64,000 nt of DNA from Mobula hypostoma (GCF_963921235.1 NC_086097.1:57414001-57478000); one strand, 5' to 3'; positions 1-14,079 are shown, counted from the first letter of the stretch. Translations and numbers: made by a program. The notes: generated from the letters alone by a model not told the origin.

Positions 1-2288
1 CGTGCTATCTTAGATCTGGTCCTGTGCAATGAGACAGGTAAAATTAATGATCTTGTTGTTAGGGATCCTCTTGGAAAGCGTGATCACAGTATGATTAAGT
101 TTCTCATACAGATGGAGTATACAATAGTTTGATCTAAAACCAGTGTATTATGCCTAAACAATGGAGACTACAGTGAGGATTTGTTTAGTGTAGGCTGGAA
201 ACACAGGCTCTATGGTGGGATGGTTGAAGAACAGTGGAAGACTTTCGAAGAGATTTTTCATGGTGCTCAACAAAAGTATATTCCAGTTAAAAGCAAGGAC
301 AGTAAGGGAGGGGAGAGCCAGCCTTGGATAACTAAGGAAGTAAAAGAAGGCATCAAACCATAAGCTCGTACATATGAAGTCACCAAGAGTAGTGGGAAAG
401 TGGAAGATTGGGAAAACTTTGAAAAGCAACAAAGAACCACTTAGCGAGTAATAAAGGAAAGCTAGATTATGAAAATAACTAGCACAAAATATAAAAATGG
501 ATAGTAAGACCTTTTATAATCATATAAAGCAGAAAAGGATGGATAAAATAAATGTAGGTTCCTTGGAGGATGAGAAGGGGTAATTGATATTGGGTAATGA
601 GGAAATGGCAGAGACTTTGAATGACTATTTTATATTGGTCTTCATGGTGGAGGACACATCTAACATGACAAAGAGAGATGTTATGGATATGATGGGAGGT
701 GAGGATCTTGATACATTAACTATCACTAAAGAGGTAGTGCTGAGCAACTTGTGGTCCTGAAGATAGACAAGTCCCCTGATCCTGATGGAATGCAGCCCAC
801 GGTAACTGAAAGAAATAGCAGAAGATATAGTAGAGGCTTTGGTGATGATTTACCAAAATTCACTGTACTCTGGATAGGTCCCAGTGGATCGGAAGACAGC
901 AAATGTCATGCCACTGTTCAAAAAAGGATGTAGACAACAGACAAGTAACTATAGGCCAGTTAGTTTAATATCTGTAGTTGGGAAAATGCTTGAAGCTATC
1001 ATTAAAGAAGAAATAGCGAGGCATCTGGAAAGTAATAGATCCATCAGACAGGCACAGCATGGATTCAGCAAAGACAGGTCCTGTTTGACAATCTTACTGG
1101 AGTTCTTTGAAAATATAATGAGCTCAGTGGATAGAAGGGAACAGATGGATGTTATTTACTTGGATTTCCAGAAGACGTTTGATAAGGTGCCACATAAAAG
1201 ACTTATCCATAAGATAAGGATACATAGAGTTGGGGCTGATGTATTAGCATAGATAGAGGATTGGTTAACTAATAGAAAGTAGAGAGTTGGTATACATTTT
1301 TGTTACTCTGGTTGGCAATCAGTGGAGAGCGGTGTGCCGCAAGGGTTGGTGCTGGGCCACAACTATTCACAATATGCATTAACAATCTGTAAAAAGGGAT
1401 TGAGTGTAGTGTATCTAAGTTTGCTGATGATAATAAATCGTGCAGAAGATATGGAGAGTCTGTAGAGAATGATAGGTTAAGTATGTGGGCAAGGGTCTGG
1501 CAGATGGAGTACAATGTTGGTAAATCCACTTTAGAAGGAAAAATAAAAGAGCAGATTATTATTTAAATGGTAAAAAATTGCAGGGTGCTCCTATGCCGAG
1601 GGACTTTGGAGTGTTTGTGCATGAATCACAAAAGGTTGGTTTGCAGGTGCAGCAGGCTGTTAAGAAGGTAAATGGAATGCTGGCCTTCATTGCTAAAGGC
1701 ATTGAACTTAAGAGCAGGGAGGTTATGCTGCAGCTGCACAGGCCACACCTGGAGTACTGAATGCAGTTCTGGTCTCTTTACTAGGGTTGGAGGAGGTTCA
1801 TCAGGTTGATTCCAGAGATGAGGGGTTAGACTATGAGGAGAGATTGAGTCGCCTGGGACTGTACTTCCTGGAATTCAGAAGAATGAGAGGAAATCTTATA
1901 GAAACATATAAAATTATGAAGAGGATAGATAAGATAGAGGCAGGAAAGTTGTTTCCACTGGTAGCTGAGACTAGAACTAGGGGACATAGCCTCAAGGTTC
2001 AGGGGAGTAGATTTAGGATGGAAATGAGGAGGAACTGCTTTCCCCAGAGACTGGTGAATCTGTAGAATTCTCTGCCCCGTGAAGCAGTGAAGGCTACCTC
2101 AGTAAATATATTTAAAACAAGGTTGGATAGGTGTTTGCATATTAGGGGAATTAAAGGTTATGGGGAAAAGGCAGGTAGGTGGAGGTGAGTCCATAGCCTG
2201 GTCCGCCATGATCTTATTGAATGGCAGAGCAGACTTGACGGGCCAGATGACCTACTCTTGCTCCTATTTCTTATGGTCGTATGTTCTT
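1..2288 (+). mobile_element. CR1-clade LINE, decayed ORF2 and 3' end
   Basis: NYRPVSLISVVGKMLE, QHGF, YLDFQKTFDKVPH, RPHLEY, RRMRGNLIETYK; 3' tail ctcctatttcttatggtcgtatgttctt. Confidence 0.9.
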
Positions 2289-3415
2289 ACTTTGTGCTTA
2301 CCTTCTTAATGACTTTTTAGTTGCTTTATGTTGGTTTTGAAAAGCTTCTCAATCCTCTATCTTCCCACTAATTTTTGCTCTATTTGCCCTCTCTTTGGCT
2401 TTTATGTTGGCTTTGACTTCTTTTGTTAGCCACAGTTATGTCTTCTTTCCTTGAGAATACTTCTTCCTCTTTGGGATGTATTTATCTTCTGTCTTCCGAA
2501 TTGCTTCCAGAAATTCCAGCCATTGCTACTCCACTGTCATCCTTGCCGGTGTTCTTTTCCAATCAGTTCTGGCTATCTCCTCTCTCAGGCTTGTGTAATT
2601 TCATTCAGTCCACTGTAATACTGATACATCTGACTTTAGCTTGTCCTTCTCAAATTTCAGGGTGAGTTCAATCTTGTTATGATCACTTTCCACTACAGGT
2701 TCTTTTACCTTAAGATTTCCAATCAATTATGTTTCATTGCACAACACCCAAACCAGAATAGCTGACTCCCTCATGGGCTCCACCATGAGCTGCTCTAAAA
2801 AGCCATCTCATAGGCACTCAATAAATTTCTCCTCCTGGAACCCAGCACCAACCTGATTTTGCCAACCTGCACATTGAAGTCCCTATGACTGTTGTAACAT
2901 TGCCCTTTTGGCATGCATTTTCTATCTCCTGTTGTAATTTATAGCCCACATACTGGCTACTGTTTGGTGGCCTGTATATAACTCCCATCAGGGTCCTTTT
3001 ACCCTTACAGTTCCTTGACTTTATCCACAATGAATCTATACTTCTTATTTGATTTCGTTTTTTACCAACAGAGACACACCACCCCCTCTGCCTACCTGCC
3101 TGTCCTTTTGATACAATGTGTATCCTTGGATGTTCCGCTCTCAACTATAACCTTTCATCTGCGCCTCAGTGATCCCCCCCAACGTCATACCTGTGAATTT
3201 CTAACTCTGCTATGAGATCATCTTCCTTATTCCATATACTGTGTGCATTCAATTATTACACCTCAGTCCTGTATCCATCACCCCTTTTGATTTTGACCCC
3301 CTGTTAAACTGCAACTCATCCCACTGGCTAACAATTTTGCCCTATCATCTGCCTATCCTCCTAACAGTCTCACGACACACTGCTCCTGCTTGTATACCAA
3401 CTGCCCCATCCTCAC
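2289..3415 (-). mobile_element. CR1 LINE fragment (endonuclease region)
   Basis: Minus-strand ORF with SLWIKSRNCKGKRTLMGVIYRPPNS (APE domain); abuts the + strand CR1 tail. Confidence 0.8.
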
Positions 3416-3537
3416 TGGTTAGTAAATTAATTTGTCGTTGTAAATTGTCCTGTGATTAGGCTAGGGTTAAATCGGTATGTTCCTGGGTGGTGCGGCTTGT
3501 TGCGCTGTTCTAGGCTATATCTCTAAATAAATAAAAT
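3416..3537 (+). mobile_element. 3' half of an HE1-like elasmobranch SINE
   Basis: ttaatttgtcgttgtaaattgtcctgtgattaggctagggttaaatcgg...tatctctaaataaataaa, recognised from memory of the family. Confidence 0.6.
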
Positions 3538-4449
3538 CATACCTTAATGGGCTCCTGCAACTTCTTTGCTAGCATACATAGTGTTAATCACATCTGCTAA
3601 AACATCCAGAAGATTAGCTGCTGCACTGGTGGCATCCTTTTACTTGATACCCCAGGGGTTTACCATCTGTGTTCTGCTGAACAGAGCTTGCCCTGTACTG
3701 TTTTTTCCAGTACAAGTTTTATGCCGTGTTCCTTAAGTCTGTTCTTGCTTATGAAATGCAAGTTACAAATTGCAACTCATTTCTATCTCACAGAATGCTT
3801 CAAATTGTGAATAGAGCTAAATAGGTGGAGCATCCTCAGGTTCGGAAACTTCCTCTGAAGAATCATTATTGTTGTCTCTGGGCAAGTCAGATTGTTGAGA
3901 TAAGAATGTTAGTTATCATTTTGCACTTGTTGCTGACTTGAGTTCACAAGGATGAGTGCTGAATGAATGTAACTAAGGGTTATTAGGGTCCCATCTCTAA
4001 TGTCTATGTTACCTCTAAGGGTAAATTGTTTTTTTATTGTCACATACCCAGAATGTGCCATTGCACTCATTTTTACAGATCTTCCGCACTGAATCCACAA
4101 TAGTGTGATTATCTTCCTACATCCCACTTATGTAGTCATGTTTTCTTGGTCTCATTATCCAGCGTCTTCCTCTGATGAGGAAGAAATATCGGGGCTACAT
4201 TACCTGACCTGCCTCTTGCTGGCTATTATCTAGGTAATTTTAACTGCAGTGCAAGCAGTTCCTTAGTGTCTTGCTGGTAGTTTAGGCTGTATTTACAGCA
4301 GGGCACAGGCATCAACAATGTTTAAAGAAGACAAGATAATTATCCTTCATAAATGAAATTGTAACAGCAACCATGGCAACAAATAGAAACAAAAGTAAAG
4401 AAAACTAAATCACATAGTCAAGCAGATAGTAACGGATACGTAACTAGAA

Positions 4450-4950
4450 TTAGATTATTATAACTGATATATGACTTGAAATTTGTTGTTTCACAATAGC
4501 AACACAGTGCAACAGCATAAAAACATACAAATTACAAAAAAACTGCAAAAATGAATAATAAGGTAATGTTTGTGGGTTCATAGACTGTTCAGAAATCTGA
4601 TGCGAAGGGGACAAACCTAAATTGTTCCTAAAACATTGAGTGTGCGTCTTCAGGCTCCTGTACCTCCTCCCTGATAACAGTAATGAGAAGAGGGCATGTC
4701 AAGAATGGTTAGTGTCCTTAATGATGGATGCCAACTTCCTGAGTCACATCTTGAAGTTGATGATGGAGAGGGTTGTGCCCATGATGGTTTAGGCTCTCTG
4801 CAGCCTCTTGTGATCCTGTGCATTGGATGCTCCATATCAGGCTGTGATGCAAGCATTTAGAGTTTACTCCACCTTACATCTATTGAAATTTGACATACTG
4901 ATCCTAACAAAGTAAAATCACAGGGATGCTTTCTTCCTGATTATCTTGAG
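4450..4950 (-). mobile_element. Rex1/Babar-like LINE 3' fragment
   Basis: Similar to 29020-29700 (gtgtgcgtcttcaggctcctgtacctcc...gagaagagggcatg). Confidence 0.65.
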
Positions 4951-5270
4951 AATGATGCAATCATGATGAAGAAGTGCTGAAGACTGTGGTAGTAATCTGG
5001 AACTTTTCCACAAATATTAATGGATTTTTCAAGATTCAAGTTTATTTATTATTTGTACATTGAAACATATCATTTGCATTAACAACCAAAGTTAATTTAA
5101 AATCTAGAATAAACAGATACCTGTTATTTGTTAATCAAATACAGGTGTATATGAGGGTATAGATAAAAGGCACATGGAATAGAAGACTCGTTAACTGCCA
5201 TCTTATTAGATTGTAGAAGAGGCCTTCTGTAATTTAATAGCGTACATCAACTTCAGTGTTCCATCTTCTT

Positions 5271-6090
5271 CAAAGGTTCGAAGGTTCAGTTTAATGTCAG
5301 AGAAATGTATACAATATACATCCTGAAATGGTTTTTTTTTCGCAAACATCCATGAAAACAGAGAAGTGCCCCAAAGAATGAATGACAGATAAGCGTAAGA
5401 ACCCCAAAGTCCCCATCAGCTCCCCTCCCTCCAGTGCGTAAGCGGCAGCGAACAATTCCCCCTCCCCCTCCAGCAAAAAAGTAAGCATTGGTACTACCAC
5501 CGAGCACTCAGTGTGAGCAAAGCAATAGCAAAGACACAGACTTACAGTTACCCCAAAGATTTGGCATTTCATCCGGCATTCGACATACCACAGATTCTCT
5601 CTCTCCCCAATAAGGAAGAAAAAAGCGACTCCATTTTTCACCAGTGAGCAGGGAGACATAACAAACAACTCGCTGGTTTACGATGTTACAAGTCCATTAC
5701 GTCGCTTTTTCAGAGCTCTGTGCCCGAAGATCATGAAGATCTCGGGTCTTCGGTCCCACAGCAGAGATCCTGACTCCCCCGACGCCACACGTGTCTCCTC
5801 CCATGACACTGACCCTTGATCCGCCCGTCTCCAGAACTCCGAGATCTTACACTTCCGAATTTGAGCCGGACTCTCAGGCTGAACCCTTGATGTGCCAGAC
5901 AACGGCCAGTTATGGAACCCCGAGAATGCGTCCCATTCCCGCAAAGAACCGAAGTCAGCGTGTAATTCCAGGTCAGGGTCTTCAAAAGAACCCTGAAAGA
6001 GAAAAACAAAGATATTAAAGATGGAAATAGAGCTGTTTCCGAAGATGCAAGGAAAGGAGTCGCCGTTTAGCACCATCTTAACTTCGCCCT
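5271..6090 (-). mobile_element. ~820-bp non-autonomous retroelement with a Rex/Babar-like 3' tail
   Basis: CpG-rich island in AT-rich intron. The minus strand starts near aagatggtgc and ends tttcaggatgtata...attaaactgaaccttcgaacctttg, resembling the LINE tail at 28250-28340. No recognisable protein. Confidence 0.55.
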
Positions 6091-7451
6091 ACCTTAACTT
6101 CTTAGGCTGTGTAGCATGTGTTTATTCAATATTTTTTATTTTAAATATTAATTTATAACATTAAAAGCAATAATAAACAGCACTGTTCGTGAACAGATTT
6201 GTTCCTTCTGAAAAACTTCTTATTACAAATTTAACTGGAAGGAAGAACGATCAAAGTTTTTCATTGCAAAACTTAATTCTTCATTCTGTAATGTACAATA
6301 TGAGTTTGTAAATGTTGTAACTAGGAAAATGAAAATGGTGATTTATTTTAATAAAAATCTCAGTATGGCTTACAGCCTTAGTATATACAAGCATACTATT
6401 AAAACAACCAAAATCAGTCATAGAATCCAATGTAACTGGAATTACCAGAAAACATGATTGTAATTATAATAATAATTAAAGAACAAAACAGTAGTTGCTA
6501 AAGAATTGGACAATGAGTTCCATACCTTTCCGATTGCCAAATACACTGAAAAGTGTCCAGTCTGACTGGAATGGTGTTAATGGAAGATATCCTAGTGATA
6601 GGAAGATACAAAAAATTATGATGATATGCTGAGTTCCAACGGGAACATGGCAACTTGGCAAGGGACTCGTTTGATTAATGTAGGAAGTGCAAGTCAACTA
6701 TTCAGTGACCACTGAGTCTCTCACCAAACTGACCTTTTCTAACCTGAACATCCACGGTTATAATATTCATGACCAGTCAGTGGTCGGACATTCTGATCAA
6801 CCGTGTCCGTAAAATCTTGAGATGGACTACCAGATCTGAGGACAATTGGCTTATTTGCACTGATCTGCTATTCTGAAACCCCTGAATCTGTCAATTGATG
6901 TTTGTAGTGTCCTTAGTGGACCTGAACCTCAACCCTGAGTCACTGACATCCAGCCTTTTCAACTTCATTAGCTACAAAACTTGGAAGTGTATTAGTGCAT
7001 GGCTTACCTTTAATAATAAGCAATACTTAAAAATGCAATTTTTTAAGATTTGGAATTCTTTATTAAAGCCTTAGCTGCTTTGCCCAGTCTGAATATAGCC
7101 TTTGCTGAGTGTATAGAAACTTTTGGATTTGAACTACCTCATTATCCACTACCTATGTACATTGAAATGTTCAAAATTCAGTGTTGCTGTCATCCGAAAT
7201 CATTTTAATAAGTTGTGCTAATTAGTAAGTTAATTTTCTACTATATATTGTGGTGGGGTGGAGAAGTGGGGTGGGATTAGTGTAATGCATGATTGATGAC
7301 CAGCGCTCTTACGTTGGGATAAAGATGCAGGTTTTGCCCTATGTGATACTATGAATGTGCACTCAGCCGAGGTGGACAAAGGCAGCCTGAATGAAGCTTT
7401 CAAAAAGTTAAAATTTATTAAACTTTTCATTTTGTAAAAGATTTTAAATGT

Positions 7452-8842
7452 AGTAGTAGGAATAGTCCCCGTAATTATAGACCTGTGAGCCTTACGTCTG
7501 TGGTGGGAAAGCTGTTGGAAAGGATTCTTAGAGATAGGATCTATGGGCATTTAGAGAATCATGGTCTGATCGGTGACAGTCAGCATGGCTTTGTGAAGGG
7601 CAGATCGTGTTTAACAAGCCTGATAGAGTTCTTTGAGGAGGTGACCAGGCATATAGATGAGGGTAGTGCAGTGGATGTGATCTACATAGATTTTAGTAAG
7701 GCATTTGACAAGGTTCCACATGGTAGGCTTATTTAGAAAGTCAGAAGGCATGGGATCCAGGGAAGTTTGGCCAGGTGGATTCAGAATTGATTTGCCTGCA
7801 GAAAGCAGAGGGTCATGGTGGAGGGAGTACATTCAGATTGTAGGATTGTGACTAGTGGTGTCCCACAAGGATCTGATCTGGGACCTCTACTTTTCGTGAT
7901 TTTTATTAACGACCTGGATGTGGGGGTAGAAGGTGGGTTGGCAAGTTTGCAGACAACACAAAGGTTGGTGGTGTTGTAGATAGTGTTGAAGGTTGTTGAA
8001 GATTGCAGAGAGACATTGATAGGCTGCAGAAGTGGGCTGAGAAATGGCAGATGGAGTTCAACCTAGAGAATTGTGAGGTGGTACACTTGGGAAGGACAAA
8101 CTCCAAGGCAGAGTACAAAGTAAATGGCAGGATACTTGGTAGTGTGGAGGAGCAGAGGGATCTGGGGGTAAATGTCCACAGACCTCTGAAAGTTGCCTGA
8201 CAGGTGGATAGGGTAGTTAAGATAGCTTATGGGGTGGTAGCTTTCATAAGTCGAGGGATAGAGTTTAAGAGTCGCGATGTAATGATGCAGCTCTATAAAA
8301 CTCTGGTTAGGCCACACTTGGAGTACTGTGTCCAGTTCTGGTCGCCTCACTGTAGGAAGGATGTGGAAGCATTGGAAAGGGTACAGAGGAGATTTACCAG
8401 GATGCTGCCTGGTTTAGAGAGTATGCATTATGATCAGAGATTAAGGGAGCTAGGGCTTTACTCTTTGGAGAGAAGGAGGATGAGAGGAGACATGATAGAG
8501 GTGTACAAGATAATAAGAGGAATAGATAGAGTGGATAGCTAGCGCCTCTTCCCCAGGGCACCACTGCTCAATATGAGAGGACATGGCTTTAAGGTAAGGG
8601 GTGGGAAGTTCAAGGGGGATATTAGAGGAAGGTTTTTTACTCAGAGAGTGGTTGGTGCGTGGAATGCACTGCCTGAGTTAGTGATGGAGGCAGATACACT
8701 TGTGAAGTTTAAGAGACTACTAGACAGGTATATGGAGGAATTTAAGGTGGGGGGCTTATATGGGAGGCAGGGTTTGAAGGTCAGCACAACATTGTGGGCC
8801 TAACGGCCTGGACTGTGCTGTACTATTCTATGTTTCTATGTA
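7452..8842 (+). mobile_element. 5'-truncated CR1/HER1-type LINE
   Basis: SLTSVVGKLLERILRD, QHGFVKGRSCLT, DFSKAFDKVPH, RPHLEYCVQFWSP; tail ctgtgctgtactattctatgtttctatgt. Confidence 0.92.
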
Positions 8843-9364
8843 TCAATTGTAGGAACAAATTTTAGATTTACCATTCCAGATGGAAATTGAGGAGCATTAA
8901 TTTTTGCCATATTTAGTTGAATAGTTTGGAAGTATTAAGTTGAAATTGACTTTATTGCGTAAAGAGTTAAACATTTGGCGCAGATAATCGGGATTTGGAA
9001 AAAATATATATGGTGGATAATGTACAATGACTACTGTTTAAAGCATCATCATGTGACTTGCAACAAATACATACTGTATTCCCTTAAGATGCAATAAAAT
9101 TGAACAGGAAAAGTAGAGTATCTGTGGCTAATAAGATAAATATACTATGAAAATAAAAAGAAAAGACTTAAAGTATTGCCAAATAGAAACCCCGAAGATG
9201 GAGGAAATTTTAGAATTTAGTTCTGTAATACACTCTCTTTAAGAAGAAAAGGAAAGTGAAGTGTTGAGAGTAATCTGGCAAGAAGCATAAGAATGGATGG
9301 TAAAGGCTTCTGGAGATATTTCAAAAAGGAGTATGAATCCTTTGGACTGAGACAGGTATTGCGG

Positions 9365-9530
9365 AAACTGTAAAAGGTGGAAGTAAAAGAAGTAACCTTG
9401 CTTAAAATATTAAAGAAATGTGTCATCTTTAACTTTATGCCTTTTGGAAATCAGGTCATCTTATACTCGCTTAGCTATTCACAGTAACAGAAATTTTGAC
9501 CAGGGATGCCTAAACTTTTGCATACCACTG
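9365..9530. mobile_element. Solo Tc1-like terminal inverted repeat fragment
   Basis: Reverse complement of about 26040-26210; ends cttttgcataccactg followed by TA. Confidence 0.8.
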
Positions 9531-11334
9531 TATAAGCAGCCAATAACATGTTAGAGTAAGGAGTATGGTGTAAAAATATGGAGAATTCTTTTTGAATGAT
9601 GTATTTGATATAGAGGCACAGATTAAGGGAATTTTCATTTTAAATTGCTTTGGAATATTGTATTTTTATGTTACCGAAAATAAGTGTAAGAACTTAAGAA
9701 GACTATAGGACCATAAGTCATGGGATCAGATTAGAGTATTTGGCCATTTGTGTCTGCCCCACCATTTTATCATGGCTGATTTATTATCCCCATCAATCCC
9801 ATTCTTCTGCCTTCTCCCCATGACCTTTGACGGCCTGACTAATCAAGATCCTACCAACCTCTGCTTTAAACATACACAATGACTTGGCCTCCACAGCCGT
9901 TGCAGGCCGTGATTTCCACAGATTTACCATCTTCTGGTAAATTCCTCCTCATCTCTGTTATAAATGGACTTTTCTCTATTTCGAGGCTGTGCTCTATGGT
10001 CCTAGACTCCCCACTGTGGCAAACATCCTCTCCACGTTCACTCTATCTAGGCCTTTCAATATTCAATATGTTTCAATGAGATTCCCCGCATTCTTTTAAA
10101 TTCCAGTGAGTACAGGCACAGACCCATCAAATACTCCTCATACATTAATCCGTTAATTGTTGGAATCATTCTCATCAATCTCCTCTTGGCCCTTTCCAAT
10201 GCCAGCACATGTTTTCTTAGATAAGGGTCTCAAAACTGCTCACAATACTCACAAAGAACATGCACTGACTCTCCTTTTCTATCTTGCCTGTTATTTCCTC
10301 AAAGAGTTCCAATGGATTTGTCAGGCAAGATTTCCCTGTAAGGAAACCATGCTGTGTGTATCATGTGCTTCCAAGTACCTTGGCAACATCTTGCCAACTA
10401 CTGAAATCAGGCTATCTGGCCTTTAATCTCTTTTTTTTCTGCCTTCCAACCTTCTTAAAAACTGGGGTGCTATTTGCAATCTCCCAGTTCACCAGAACCA
10501 TTTTAGAATTTTGTGATTCTTGAAAGATCACTATTGAAAGAATAGCAAATCCAGAATTCCTCTACAGGGCTCAACAAGCTGCTCTAAAAAGCTATCTTGT
10601 GGGCATTTTACAGATTCTGTCTCTTGGGATCGAGCACCAATCTTATTTTCCCAATCTACCTGCATATTGAAATCTCCCATAGCTGTCTTAACATTGACCT
10701 TTGACATGCCTTCTCTATTTCTCCTTGTAATTTGTATCCCACATCCTAGCTACTGTTCGGAGGCCTGCAAATCACTCCCATTAGGGTCTTTTTATTCTTG
10801 CAGGTTTTAAACTCTATGGACAAGAATTCTACATCTTCCGAGCCTATGTCACTTCTTTCTAAAGATTTGCTATCTTTTACCAACAGACCACCCACCCTGC
10901 TTACATACCTGTCCTTTCGATACAATGTGTATCTTTAGATGTTCAGCTCCTAACCAATATAATATTCTTTCAGCTACAACTCAGTAATGCTGACAATGTC
11001 ATGCCTGCCAATCTCTACAAGGTCATCTATCTTATTCCATAATTGGCATGCATTCAAATATAGCACATTCAGTCTTGTTTTCATCGCCCTTTTTGATTTT
11101 GTCTCCATGTTACACTTCAATACATTACACTCACTACAATTTTGCCCTACCTCACTACACACTACATCTACTGCCCCATCAGTCCAGTTCCCATCCACCT
11201 GCCAAATTAGTTTAAAACCCCTCCCCAACAGCTCTTGCTCACCTACCTGCAAGAATATTGGTGTAACCTGTCCTTTTTGTACAGGTCATACCTTCCCTGG
11301 AAGAGATGCCAATGATCTAGAAATCTGAAACCCT

Positions 11335-13052
11335 TCCATAGAACCATAGCACATTACAGCACAGAAACAGGCCTTTTGGCCCTTCTTGGCTGTACCGAAC
11401 CATTTTTCTGCCTAGTCCCACTGACCTGCACCTGGACCATATCCCTCCATACACCTCTCATCTGTGTATCTGTCCAAGTTTTTCTTAAATGTTAAAAGTG
11501 AGCCCGCATTCACCACTTCATCCGGCAGCTCATTCCACACTCCCACCACTTTCTGTGTGAAGAAGCCCCTCCTAATGTTCCCTTTAAACTTTTCCCCCTT
11601 CACCCTTAACCCATGTCCTCTGCTTTTTTTCTCCCCTAGCCTCAGTGGAAAAAGCCTGCTTGCATTCACTCTATCTATATCCATCATAATTTTATATACC
11701 TGTTTCAAATCTCCCCTCATTCTTCTACGTTTCAGGGAATAAAGTCCTAACCTATTAAACCTTTCTCTGTAATTCAGTTTCTCAAGTCCCGGCAACATCC
11801 TTGTAAACCTTCTCTGCACTCTTTCAACCCTATTAATATTCATCCTGTAACTTGGTGACCAAAACTGCATGCAATACTTCAAATTCAGCATCACCAATGC
11901 CTTATACCAGTGGTCTCCAACCACTGGGCCGTGGACCAGTACCGGGCCACAAAACGTATGCTACCAGGCTGCGAAGAAACGATATGATTTGGTGACGTGA
12001 CTGTGTTGCCGACTTGCTGGTTGGTGCCTTCTTGCCCAGACTCTTGGCTGCAGAAATATTGCCAAATGTAACTGACCAAAACACATTTTTCTTAAAGGAA
12101 AATGTTTTAGAAAAAGGATGGTATGTAATTTCTGTGCAGATAAATTTAGCATGTAAAAAAACCAGGAAAAAGCCAAAAAGCCAAATGACTTTTCAGATGC
12201 CAGCCAAATTGAGAAAAAGCCAGATTTCTGGAATTGGTCAGCCAATCTGGTAACCCTTAATGAGTCAGCTGCACCCCTGTTGAACTTGAACGCATGCATC
12301 ATCCATGTCAGCGCAGGAAGAAGATCAACTCCTTGAGCTTGCAAATGACGGCGGACTGAAAAGTATGTTTGACATAACATCTCTGCCGGCATTCTGGATC
12401 AAAGTCAAGGCTAAGTATCCTGAGATAGCCACGAAAGCACTGAAAACGTTGCTTCCATTTCCAACATCATATCTCTGGCAAGCGGAATAGACTAGACATA
12501 AGGAACCCCCTTCGAGTATGGCTGTCTCCCATCACCCCTCAATGAGACTGTCTTTTTGCAGGGAAACAAGCCCGGGGCTCCCACTGATTCACCGATATTG
12601 GTGTGTTACAATGATTTTATATGTTCATACGAGGAAAATGCGTGCTGTGTGTTTAATATCCAAATGTTACTTAAAATGTTATGATGCTATTGACTTATAA
12701 GTGACATAATTGACTTATCACTATATTCATGAGAGGAAAATTATTGTGCTGTGTGTTTAATATTAAATTTGTTAGATAAACTTTTTAGAAATGAAAATGA
12801 GTTTATTAGCCACTTATAATTTACTTATAGTTGACTTATCACCTATATTCCAGTCGTGATTAACACCCCCCCCCCCCACCCCCCGTCGGCCGGTCCACAA
12901 GAATATTGTCAATATGTCAATATTAAACCGGTCCGCGGTGCAAAAAAGGTTGGGGACCCCTGCCTTATACAACCTCACCATAACATTTCAACTCTTATAC
13001 TCAATACTTTGATTTATAAAGGCTAATGTACCAAAAGCTCTCTTTACGACCC
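11335..13052 (-). mobile_element. Younger 5'-truncated CR1 nested in the older CR1
   Basis: Tail ccatagaaccatag at the left end; ORF 11412-11924 C-terminal ORF2 (YCMQFWSP, RRFTRMLPGL, RRMRGDL); resumes at 12963 after the hAT insertion. Confidence 0.85.
11908..12962 (+). mobile_element. Non-autonomous hAT (Buster/Charlie group) transposon
   Basis: TIRs CAGTGGTCTCCAACC / GGTTGGGGACCCCTG (13/15); perfect 8-bp TSD CCTTATAC (11900-11907, 12963-12970; nnnTAnnn type); dimerisation-domain remnant FWIKVKAKYPEIATKALKTLLPFPTSYL. Confidence 0.93.
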
Positions 13053-14079
13053 TCTGCAACAGTTCCTCAGCCAAGCATTCATCTGTCAAATCATTCTATT
13101 CTCTTACCCTCACTGGTGCTGTCACAGGCAGCAATCCAGAGGTTACTGCGCTTGAAGTCCTGCTTTTTAGCGATCTACCTAACTCCCTATTTTCATCCTT
13201 CCAGACCTATCTCTTTTCCTACCTACAGTATGTCACTGCTACCAATATTTGCCACGACTTCTGGCTGTACACCCTCTCCCTTTAGTATGCTGTGGACCTG
13301 AGCTGAGGTATCCCTGATCCTGGCATGTGGGAGGCAACGTACCATCTGGGTTTCTTTTTCACATCTACAGAATCTGCTGTCCACTTCTCTCACTAGGGAA
13401 TCTCCTATCGCGACTGCACTCCTCTTCTCCCCCTTTCCCTTCTGAGTCACTGAGCCAGACTCTTCCAGCCACCCCTCCTCCCCCACAAAGAATATCCAAT
13501 GCTGTATACTTGTTATTGTGGAGATGGCCACAGGGATACTCTGCACTGGCTGCCTATTTCCTTTCCCTCTACCAACAGTAAGCCAGCTACCTGCCTCCTG
13601 CAACTTATGTGACTACCTCCCTGTAGCTCCTGTCTATCACCTCCTCAATTTCCTGTACGAACCGAAGGTCATCCATTTGCAGCTCCACTTCCTTAACACT
13701 TTCTCTAAGGAACTGCAACTGAATGCACTTCTTGCAAATGCAGTTATCAGAGAGATTGGACGTCTCTCAGAGTTCCCACATCTTACACAAAGAACATATC
13801 GTTTACCTTGGATACATCCTCAATGCATTAGCTATGTACGAATAGACAAAGAAAAAAACTTACTAGAAGCTTACTTAGAGTCTCCGCCTATTCTTGCTGA
13901 AGCCTTTTGAGACAAAGTCTCCCACTCTAAACCTGGTTCATTCACAGAAGATAAGAGCAGACTAAGTTCATGGGGTACGTCAATATTTACCCTGCCAATT
14001 GATAAGATCGTGAATAATCTGCCTCTTATCATGTCTAATTCTGCTAGTTCTACATAGCCGTCAATTAATGACCATTCAA

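Larger units (their letters stand above)
9700..13960 (-). mobile_element. Old, internally deleted CR1 LINE retaining an ORF1 esterase region; host of nested insertions
   Basis: 3' end near 9700; ORF2 start LNVLYLNA...HDIVSITE (10974-11252); ORF1 GDSL/SGNH-like AVAIGDSLVREVD...CLPHARIRD...VVANIGSSDI (13223-13603). Confidence 0.8.

Noticed and set aside
4162..4233. CTGATGA inside the hairpin tcttcctc-tgat-gaggaaga, with flanking AG and GT
   Set aside because: No stem II or stem I geometry for a hammerhead. As an exon it has stops in all three frames and no TALPID3 similarity.
5286..6076. Cluster of overlapping ORFs
   Set aside because: Expected in a GC-richer repeat; no recognisable protein in any frame.
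9240..9356. Purine-rich exon-like stretch ending cag|gtatt
   Set aside because: Resembles decayed CR1 ORF2 (ESNLARSIRMDGKGFWRY), not TALPID3.
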